Shown here piece after piece: positions 56,878-64,000 of a DNA stretch of 64,000 bases. The stretch is taken from NCBI GenBank assembly GCA_050299335.1, contig JBNKVT010000021.1:76756-140755 (forward strand), written 5' to 3'. Positions within the stretch are counted from its first letter, which is position 1. The number at the start of each line of letters is the position of its first letter. A program made the position numbers and the translations under genes. The stretch comes from Paracoccaceae bacterium (GTDB lineage Bacteria; Pseudomonadota; Alphaproteobacteria; Rhodobacterales; Rhodobacteraceae). The notes under the pieces are model-generated. The model saw only the letters and a list, made by a program, of their open reading frames with translations, did not search any database and was not told the DNA's origin.

Positions 56878-57824
56878 GATGGCGCTTCTGGCGCCGCAAC
56901 CGGGACACCGCCGCCACCCGCACACGGCGCATGAGCCCCAGGGACAAGCGGCTGATCGAGAACTTCCTGCCGCCCGAAGGGGTGCCGATCAAGTTCCGCG
57001 TCGCCTCGCTGGGCGCGCGGTTCGGGGCGCAGATGCTGGATATCCTGCTGACGGTGGTCTTCGTCATCGCCATCCTGACCGTTCTTGGCATGTCCGACCT
57101 GATCTCCGGCCCCGCCTTTCTGGCGCTGTTCTCCATCCTCTTCTTCGCCCTGCGCGTGCCCTACTACGTCGCCACCGAGATCCTCTGGAACGGCCAGACG
57201 CTGGGCAAAAAGATCGTCGGGCTCAGGGTCATTTCCGGCAATGGCCGCTCCCTGACCGCCTATCAGGTAACGGTCCGCAACATGATGAAGGAGATGGAGA
57301 TCTTCGTCCCCGGCCTCTACCTGCTCGCCGCCCCGGCGCTGAGCTGGCAGGAAAGGCTGATCCTCGTCGTCTGGATCACCATTCTCCTTGCGGTGCCGCT
57401 CTTGAACCGCCGCCGCATGCGGCTGGGTGACATCATCGCCAATACCTATGTCGTCGAAATCCCCAAACCGGTGCTGATGCCCGATCTCGCGTCGGCCAAA
57501 CCCGATATCGAGCAGCATGGCTACAGCTTCCTGCCGCATCACCTGGATCACTACGGCCGCTACGAGCTGCAGACGCTGGAAACCCTCCTCCATGTCGATA
57601 CGAAAAGAATGGACCAGCGGGCCCAATACCGCCACCGCCAGACCCTGCAAAAGGTCACCGCTTCGATCATCAAGCGCATCGAGTTCACCGAGACCATCCC
57701 CAAGGGCGGCGAAAAGGGCTTTCTCGAAGCCTTCTACCGTACCCAGCGGGCCTATCTGGAGAACCGCAAGCTGTTCGGCGATGCGCGCGAGGACAAGTTT
57801 CACAAGGAAGATGAGGGGGTCTGA
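56874..57824 (+). CDS. RDD-family membrane protein
   Basis: RDD-like core (RFGAQMLDILL...RMRLGDIIANTYVV). Overlaps the upstream stop. Confidence 0.65.
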   Translation: MRWRFWRRNRDTAATRTRRMSPRDKRLIENFLPPEGVPIKFRVASLGARFGAQMLDILLTVVFVIAILTVLGMSDLISGPAFLALFSILFFALRVPYYVATEILWNGQTLGKKIVGLRVISGNGRSLTAYQVTVRNMMKEMEIFVPGLYLLAAPALSWQERLILVVWITILLAVPLLNRRRMRLGDIIANTYVVEIPKPVLMPDLASAKPDIEQHGYSFLPHHLDHYGRYELQTLETLLHVDTKRMDQRAQYRHRQTLQKVTASIIKRIEFTETIPKGGEKGFLEAFYRTQRAYLENRKLFGDAREDKFHKEDEGV

Positions 57825-57884
57825 GGAGCTCGGACCAGAGGCGCTATCGAATGGGAGCGTTGGGCAAGGGAGGGATTTGACGCA

Positions 57885-58775
57885 ATGACTTTGGAAACAG
57901 ATTTTCCGAACACCGCGCAACCGCTGGGCGTCGGGCGACTGCTCAGCCGAAGTTTCGGCGCGTTCTTTGCCAGTTTCTGGCGTCTCGCCGCCGTCCTTGT
58001 CATACCGATGGTTCTGGCATCCCACGCGGTGGATGCCATCCGATCCTTCCTTTTCGCCACGCTCGACGGCCCGTTCTGGATGAGACCTCTTGCTCCAGGA
58101 GCCTTCGGAGGGTTTGGGTCCCTGCCTTTGACGGGCCTTCTCGTTCTTTTGGTCAGTCTGACTTTTGCGCTGTTGATCTGGAGCGTGGCCATTCTGGCCG
58201 TCAGTGCCCGGACCGGGGGACAAAAGGTCGCGCTGAAGGCGTATTTCCTGGTTCCGCTCCGAAAGTTGCCGCAGGTGCTGGTCCTGTCGGTGGCGGTCGG
58301 CCTTGTCATCGCAGCCAGTTTCATGATCGTGGTTATGGTTCCGTTCTCGACCGGTAGCGGTATTTTCACGCTGATGGGCTATTTCGCCTGGCTCTTTGTG
58401 TTTCTTTATATCCTCGGCACCTTCAGCCCTCTCCTGTCGGTGATCCTGGTCGAAAAGACCGGTTGGCGCTCGCTGACCCGGTCGCTGGACCTGACACGAG
58501 GCTACCGCTGGCCACTTGCAGGGCTGGTAATGCTGTACCTGCTGCTGGTTGGCCTGCTTGTGTACCTGATGCAACTTGCGACGGGGCTGGTGACAGTCTG
58601 GACCTTGACCGCGGGTTCGGATTTCAGCCGTGCCCGGACGATAAACGACGTCCTTGAAACCGGGTTCACAGCCATCGTCATCGGCTATTCGGCCAGCCTC
58701 GCAATTGTGATTTTCAACCGGCTTCTTGTGGTCAAGGAGGGACATTTTGCGAATATCGACACGGTTTTCGACTGA
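57885..58775 (+). CDS. Polytopic membrane protein, paralog 1 of 3 (uncharacterised family)
   Basis: AGGGAGGG RBS. Motifs PLGVGRLLSRSFGAFFA and LTRGYRW. C-terminus KEG..A.ID.VFD. Confidence 0.65.
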   Translation: MTLETDFPNTAQPLGVGRLLSRSFGAFFASFWRLAAVLVIPMVLASHAVDAIRSFLFATLDGPFWMRPLAPGAFGGFGSLPLTGLLVLLVSLTFALLIWSVAILAVSARTGGQKVALKAYFLVPLRKLPQVLVLSVAVGLVIAASFMIVVMVPFSTGSGIFTLMGYFAWLFVFLYILGTFSPLLSVILVEKTGWRSLTRSLDLTRGYRWPLAGLVMLYLLLVGLLVYLMQLATGLVTVWTLTAGSDFSRARTINDVLETGFTAIVIGYSASLAIVIFNRLLVVKEGHFANIDTVFD

Positions 58776-58861
58776 CGCTTGGGGGTTGGGCCTGTATGCC
58801 GGGTACCGGACGGGCAGAATGCGTTTTGACAGGTAGGGGCCGGGACAGGGAGTAGCTTCAC

Positions 58862-59743
58862 ATGGCGGATCAGACAGAAGTGGCAAGGCAGCCTTTGGGT
58901 ATGGGCATGATCCTCGGGGACAGCTTTTCAGGGTTCTTTTCGTCCTTCTGGAAGCTGATGGTCATCATCATCCTGCCGACGATCGTCATGTTTATCGCGC
59001 AGATCGGCCTTCTGGGGACGATGGCCTTCGGCATCGGGGCAAACGGCCTTTTCGGTGCAAACGGGATTGCGGCACTCGCGCCGGTCCTGGTCCTTCTGCT
59101 GCTGCTGCTGTTCACGCTGCTCATCTGGGGCGCGGCGATCCTGGCGGTGAACGCGAAGATCTCCGGCCAGCCGCTTGGGGTCTTCGCCTGTTTCGGCGGC
59201 GCGCTGGCGAAGCTGCCGCAGATGTTCTTTCTGGGCCTCGCCGTCCTTGTCGCCATGGTCTTCGTTCTGTCGATCATCGGCGGCCTTCCCGGGCAGATCG
59301 GCGGGCAGCCCGGGGCGATTGCCGGTCTGGTCATGGGGGCTGCCGCCTATTTCTATTTCGCCGGAGCCCTCAGCCCGTTGTTGCCGGTGATCCTGATCGA
59401 CAACGGCGGCTGGGGAAGCTTGCTGAGGTCGCTGCACCTGACAAGGGGCTACCGGTGGAAGGTGGCGGGGACGCTGTTCGTCTTCATTCTCATTGTCTTC
59501 TTGGTCTTCTCTCTCTTCGCGCTTGTGGCCGGATTCGCGAGCAGCGCGCTGATGGTGTCGTCGATTTCCGATCCCTCCTCCGGCACGCTGACGGCTGCCA
59601 TTCTGGGACTGCAATTGCTGAACGCGCTCCTGGCCGCCTCGATCAACGGGCTGGCGGTGAGTTTCGTGGTCGTGCTCTATCGCCGCCTGATCGAACTCAA
59701 GGAAGGCGTCGCCTCGGCGGATCTGGCGCAGGTCTTCGAATAA
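58862..59743 (+). CDS. Polytopic membrane protein, paralog 2 of 3
   Basis: PLGMGMILGDSFSGFF. LTRGYRW. C-terminus LKEGVASADLAQVFE. Confidence 0.65.
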   Translation: MADQTEVARQPLGMGMILGDSFSGFFSSFWKLMVIIILPTIVMFIAQIGLLGTMAFGIGANGLFGANGIAALAPVLVLLLLLLFTLLIWGAAILAVNAKISGQPLGVFACFGGALAKLPQMFFLGLAVLVAMVFVLSIIGGLPGQIGGQPGAIAGLVMGAAAYFYFAGALSPLLPVILIDNGGWGSLLRSLHLTRGYRWKVAGTLFVFILIVFLVFSLFALVAGFASSALMVSSISDPSSGTLTAAILGLQLLNALLAASINGLAVSFVVVLYRRLIELKEGVASADLAQVFE

Positions 59744-59888
59744 CAGTGGCCCCTGCCCCGGCATCCCGGCTGCGGCAAATCGGCATCAAACCGTCGGTGA
59801 AAATGCTGCACGGGTCCGCTCCCCTCTTGCGCGGGGCGTCAAGGCACCGTTGACTCGCGCGCACTGCTTGACCGAAAGGGAGACAACC

Positions 59889-60689
59889 ATGACGGCCAAT
59901 CCTGACACACCGACCACACCGCTGGGGGTCGGATCGCTGATCTCCGAGAGCTTCGGCGTCTTCTTCGCCCGCATCGTCACCATGTTCAAGATCATCTTCC
60001 TGCCCATTCTCGTCATGGGCGCCATCTCGGCCATGGTCTCGGGCCCGGCGATGATCACCGGCATCGGGACCATCACCGGCGATGTCGATCCCGAACAGCT
60101 TGCACGCTTCAGCAATCCCGGCGTCTTCGAGCAATATATCCTGCCGCTGATCGGCGTCGTGGTCAGTTTCGTGATCACCGGCGCGGTGATCCTGGCCGCC
60201 TATGACACAAAGCTCGGCCGCCCGGTGAACATCCCGGCCTATTTCAGCCGCACCCTGGCATTCCTCGTGCCGCTGATCGTGCTGTCGATCGTGCTGGTCA
60301 TCATGGGCTATATCGGCCTGTTGCTGCTGATCCTGCCCGGCATCTACATCTTCGCCCGGTTCAGCGTCCTGACGCCGGCCATCGTCGTGGAGGGCGTCGG
60401 CTGGGGCGGGCTCGGTCGCGCACAGGAGCTGACCGCAGGCTACCGCTGGCCCATCGTCGGGGCATCAATCCTGCTGGTCCTTGCCATCATCGTGATATCG
60501 CTGGTCATCGCCGGACTGACCTGGCTTGGCTACACCATCGCCGGGATTGTCGGCTACACTCTGGTCTATGCCATCGGCAACACGATCACCACGGGGATCA
60601 TGGGCTGTTTCACCGCCCTTCTCTTCGCCAGGCTGAAGGAGATCAAGGAAGGCGTCGGCATGGCCGATATCGCCTCGGTCTTCGAATAG
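59889..60689 (+). CDS. Polytopic membrane protein, paralog 3 of 3
   Basis: The start was reset to MTANPDTPTTPLGVGSLISESFGVFFA (AAGGGAG RBS). LTAGYRW. C-terminus IKEGVGMADIASVFE. Confidence 0.6.
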   Translation: MTANPDTPTTPLGVGSLISESFGVFFARIVTMFKIIFLPILVMGAISAMVSGPAMITGIGTITGDVDPEQLARFSNPGVFEQYILPLIGVVVSFVITGAVILAAYDTKLGRPVNIPAYFSRTLAFLVPLIVLSIVLVIMGYIGLLLLILPGIYIFARFSVLTPAIVVEGVGWGGLGRAQELTAGYRWPIVGASILLVLAIIVISLVIAGLTWLGYTIAGIVGYTLVYAIGNTITTGIMGCFTALLFARLKEIKEGVGMADIASVFE

Positions 60690-60738
60690 GGAGCCCGGAC
60701 ACTGGGGCGGGGAGGAGCTTCGCGGCTTCCCTGCCCTA

Positions 60739-60848
60739 GAGCAAAGCCGGATCAGATTGAACCAATCTGATCCCAGTATTTTGCTCAAGCCTATGTCTCT
60801 GGACCAAAATTCCTTTTCAGACTGCGACAGTCTGAAACGATTTTGGTC
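60739..60848. repeat. ~110-nt structured intergenic repeat, copy B
   Basis: Same dual-hairpin architecture as 12326-12436. The second outer stem is perfect here (GACCAAAAT/ATTTTGGTC), a compensatory change. Confidence 0.7.
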
Positions 60849-60865
60849 TAGCCCGATCGGGCGGA

Positions 60866-61318
60866 TTACCCCGGCAGCCGCCCGGTCAGCACATAGGCCA
60901 GCAGCTCGACCACCTGCGCGGGCCGCTCGGCCACCGCCAGAGCCGCGGCGTCCACCTCTTTCAGCGCATGGCTGTGCTCGGCCCCGTGCTGCACGATCAG
61001 CGATTTGCCCAGAGCCGCCGCGTAGCCTGCATCGAAAGCCGCATTCCACTGCCTGTATTGCGCGCCGAAGCGCACCACCACGATATCGGCCTCGGCGATA
61101 CCCTTGCGCGTCCGGATCGCGTTCAGCTTGGCCCCCTTGTGGTCGTGCCAGAACTTGTCCGTCTCCGCCCCGAGGATCGCCACCCCACAATCATCCGACG
61201 CCGCGTGATCGGTCACCGGCCCGGAAAAGTCCACCTCCAGCCCTGCCACGCGGCACCCGGCCTCGATCTCGTCGCGCCAATCGGTGTGGATTTCGCCCGA
61301 CAGATAGACCTTCAGCAT
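60866..61318 (-). CDS. YtoQ-family protein (nucleoside 2-deoxyribosyltransferase-like fold)
   Basis: 150 aa. The N-terminus MLKVYLSGEIHTDWR is typical of YtoQ. Confidence 0.55.
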   Translation of the reverse strand: MLKVYLSGEIHTDWRDEIEAGCRVAGLEVDFSGPVTDHAASDDCGVAILGAETDKFWHDHKGAKLNAIRTRKGIAEADIVVVRFGAQYRQWNAAFDAGYAAALGKSLIVQHGAEHSHALKEVDAAALAVAERPAQVVELLAYVLTGRLPG

Positions 61319-61322
61319 CGCC

Positions 61323-63731
61323 TCAGCTCCTCAACACGCCGCCCGTCGCCTTGCCGACCGAAGCCACCACCGCGGCTGAGACCGCCTCGATATCCTTGTC
61401 GGTCAGCGTCCGGTCCTTCGGTTGCAGCCGCACCAGGATGGCCACGGATTTCTTGCCCGATCCCATCTGCGCCTCGGCCTTGTCGCCGGCAAAGACATCG
61501 AAGACGGACACCGTTTCGACCAGGGACCTGTCCGCCCCCTGTGCAGCGCGGACCAGCGCCTCGGCCTCGACGCCCGCATCGACGACAAAGGCGAAATCGC
61601 GCTCCACCGCCTGCAGGTCGGAAATCTTCAGCGCCGGACGCGTCGCCTTTCTGGCCTTGGGCAGCGGCAGATTTTCCATCCAGACCGAGAAGGCCACCGC
61701 CGGGCCCTTGACCCCCATCTCGCGCAGCACTTTGGGATGCAACTCGCCAAACACCGCCAGCGGGTTCTTCGGCCCAAGACCCAGGACCGCCGAGCGTCCG
61801 GGATGGAACCAGCCCGGCGCAGCACGCAACGTCATCAGTTTGGCCGGTGCGCCGATGGCTGCCAGTGCCGCCTCGGCGTCCGCCTTGGCATCGTAAAGGT
61901 CCACAGGACGGCGCGACCCGTGGGGATTGCGCGGGTCCGACTGACCGACCCGCACCCCGCTCGCCATCCGCACCTGCTCTTCCGGCTCGCCGCCGGTGAA
62001 GGCCGGGCCGACCTCGAAGAGGGCCAGATCGGCAAACCCCCGCGCCTGGTTCCGCGCCGCCGCCTGCAACAGGCCGGGCAGAAGATCGGGGCGCATGTGG
62101 CTCATGTCGGCGCTGATCGGATTGGCGAGCATCAGCGCATCCGTGCCGCCCTCGAACAGCGCCGCAGAGGCCTGGTCAATGAAGGAATAGGTGACGCATT
62201 CGTTGTATCCAAGTGCGGCGATTGCCCGCCGCGCGATACTCTCGCGTTTCTGCATCGGGGTTAGGATCGGCTTTGCCACGCCCTCGGGCCGTCGCATCGG
62301 GATGCCCTTCAGTCGGGTCAGCGAGGCGACACGCGCCACCTCCTCGACCAGATCGGCCTCGCCATGGACATCGGGCCGCCAGCTTGGCACCGCGACCGAG
62401 AACCGGTCGCCATCGCGGGTGACGGTGAAGCCCAGCGCGGTCAGGATCCGCTCCTGCTCGGCGACCTCGATTTCCATGCCGACCAGCGACACTACCCGGC
62501 GCGGGTCGAGCACGAAGCTTCGCGACGTATCCGGTACAGCCCCCGCGACCACCATTTCCGAGACCTCGCCCCCGCAAAGCGCGACGATCATCTCGCAGGC
62601 CAGATCGAGCCCCACCGGCGTGAACGCCGGATCGACCCCACGCTCGAACCGGTAGCGGGCATCGGAATTGATCTTCAGCTGCCGCCCCGTTGAGGCGATC
62701 ATCACCGGGTCCCACCAAGCACTTTCGACGAAGACATTGACCGTGCCTTCGGTACAGCCCGTTTCGGCCCCACCCATGACCCCGGCGATGGATTCCGGAC
62801 CCTTGTCGTCGGAGATGATCATCATGCCCTTCTCGAGGACATAATCCTTGTCATCGAGCGCGGTGATCGTCTCGCCCCCCTCGGCGAAATGCACCCTGAG
62901 ACCGCCCTGCACCTTATCGGCATCGAAGACATGCAAGGGCCGGTTGCGATCATAGGTGAAATAGTTGGTGACATCGACAAGGGCCGAGATCGGCCGCAAG
63001 CCAATCGCCTTCAACTGGTCCTGCAGCCATTGCGGCGACGGGCCATTCCTCACCCCCTTGATCAGCCGCCCGGTGAAGAGAGGGCAGCCCTTTTCAATGG
63101 TACCCGGCGCAATCATCACCGTGACGGGACAGGGGAAGGTCCCGGCCACCGAAGGCGCGGGGTGTTCGATCAATCTCCCTATCCCCCGCGCAGCAAGGTC
63201 GCGGGCGATCCCCTCAACCCCAAGCGCATCAGGCCGGTTCGGCGTGATCGCGATCTCGATCACCGGGTCGTCAGTCCCGGCATAATCGATATACCGCCCG
63301 CCCAGGGGCGCGTCGGCGGGCAGTTCGATGATGCCGTCATGGGCGTCCGATAGCTCCAGCTCGCGCTCCGACAGCATCATGCCGAAACTCTCGACACCGC
63401 GGATCTTGCCGACCTTGATCGTGACATCGATGCCCGGGATGTAGTCCCCGGGTGCAGCCACCACCACCTTGATCCCCGCACGCGCATTCGGCGCCCCGCA
63501 GACGATCTGCTTCTCGCCATCGGCGGTCGCCACCCGGCAGACCCGCAAACGGTCCGCATCCGGATGCTGCTCCGCGGCCAAAACTTCGCCTATGGTAAAC
63601 GCCGCCAAAGCCTCGGCCGGGTTCTCCACACCCTCGACCTCGAGCCCGAGATCGGTCAGCGCATAGAGGATTTCGTCCAACGTGGCTTGGGTATCGAGGT
63701 GTTTCTTCAGCCAGCTCAGGGTGAATTTCAT
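61323..63731 (-). CDS. pheT: Phenylalanine--tRNA ligase beta subunit
   Basis: 802 aa. MKFTLSWLKKHLD N-terminus. tRNA-binding, B3/B4 and B5 domain order. Confidence 0.9.
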   Translation of the reverse strand: MKFTLSWLKKHLDTQATLDEILYALTDLGLEVEGVENPAEALAAFTIGEVLAAEQHPDADRLRVCRVATADGEKQIVCGAPNARAGIKVVVAAPGDYIPGIDVTIKVGKIRGVESFGMMLSERELELSDAHDGIIELPADAPLGGRYIDYAGTDDPVIEIAITPNRPDALGVEGIARDLAARGIGRLIEHPAPSVAGTFPCPVTVMIAPGTIEKGCPLFTGRLIKGVRNGPSPQWLQDQLKAIGLRPISALVDVTNYFTYDRNRPLHVFDADKVQGGLRVHFAEGGETITALDDKDYVLEKGMMIISDDKGPESIAGVMGGAETGCTEGTVNVFVESAWWDPVMIASTGRQLKINSDARYRFERGVDPAFTPVGLDLACEMIVALCGGEVSEMVVAGAVPDTSRSFVLDPRRVVSLVGMEIEVAEQERILTALGFTVTRDGDRFSVAVPSWRPDVHGEADLVEEVARVASLTRLKGIPMRRPEGVAKPILTPMQKRESIARRAIAALGYNECVTYSFIDQASAALFEGGTDALMLANPISADMSHMRPDLLPGLLQAAARNQARGFADLALFEVGPAFTGGEPEEQVRMASGVRVGQSDPRNPHGSRRPVDLYDAKADAEAALAAIGAPAKLMTLRAAPGWFHPGRSAVLGLGPKNPLAVFGELHPKVLREMGVKGPAVAFSVWMENLPLPKARKATRPALKISDLQAVERDFAFVVDAGVEAEALVRAAQGADRSLVETVSVFDVFAGDKAEAQMGSGKKSVAILVRLQPKDRTLTDKDIEAVSAAVVASVGKATGGVLRS

Positions 63732-64000
63732 TGCCGCATTCCGTCGGTAACCTGTTCTACCCCGGCCTCATAGCAAGGGCGGAAAAAATGCGAAAGGGCG
63801 GTGGTGCATTAATCTGTCGGAAACCCTGATCGTGCTAGGCCGGTGCTCAGGAAGTGACGATCCCGCCAGAAAGGCGGAGCACGCCGAAACGGGGCGCGCG
63901 GGGAAGACCGGATCGCATGGGGTAATGGCGATTACAACGGGTGCAGACATGTTCAGAAATCTCTTGGATAAATTCATCAAATGCGAATCCGGTGCCACGA

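Noticed and set aside
56550-58886. 778-aa minus-strand ORF
   Set aside because: It is antisense to three well-supported plus-strand membrane-protein genes. Gln/Arg/Asp-rich junk.

Overview
High-GC (~65-67%) alphaproteobacterial (Rhodobacterales-like) chromosomal window, mostly core metabolism with several accessory and non-coding oddities. Gene content, left to right:
- Capsule/EPS locus end: partial Wzc/ExoP-like tyrosine autokinase, a PPP-family metallophosphatase, a 2320-aa reducing type I PKS (KS-AT-DH-ER-KR-ACP, RkpA-like) and an alpha-oxoamine synthase (RkpG-like).
- A ~2 kb AT-richer non-coding island at 10.6-12.6 kb with an orphan intrinsic terminator (candidate sRNA), short direct repeats, two tandem mini-lipoprotein genes and one copy of a ~110-nt doubly palindromic structured repeat. 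The second copy is at 60.7 kb.
- ccmA-ccmB-(PAS-GGDEF-EAL)-ccmC-ccmD-ccmG cytochrome c maturation operon on the minus strand, then acnA.
- A Phd-like antitoxin/unknown-toxin pair.
- An Entner-Doudoroff/pgi cluster: pfkB-zwf-edd-PNPOx-eda-pgi.
- A low-GC two-gene islet (DUF2158 plus a 278-aa orphan), an SPFH protein and two adjacent tRNA-like genes.
- A ~410-bp MITE-like element with ~25-bp TIRs, present as two inverted copies at 33.9 kb and 50.9 kb bracketing a 16.6-kb segment. That segment carries ctaD plus a truncated ctaD duplicate, eno, ispB and phaA/phaB/phaC-like/phaR.
- A REP-like hairpin family (GTAGGGTGCGTG-N4-CACGCACC) at two loci.
- The best candidate for an uncharacterised system: a conserved operon DUF4129-like / DUF4350 / MoxR AAA+ / DUF58 / SpoIIM-like / RDD, followed by three tandem paralogous polytopic membrane proteins.
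- The window ends with ytoQ and pheT.

The ORF caller evidently shows non-ATG starts as M, so several starts were re-placed by eye. Many long G/R-rich antisense ORFs are artefacts of high GC.
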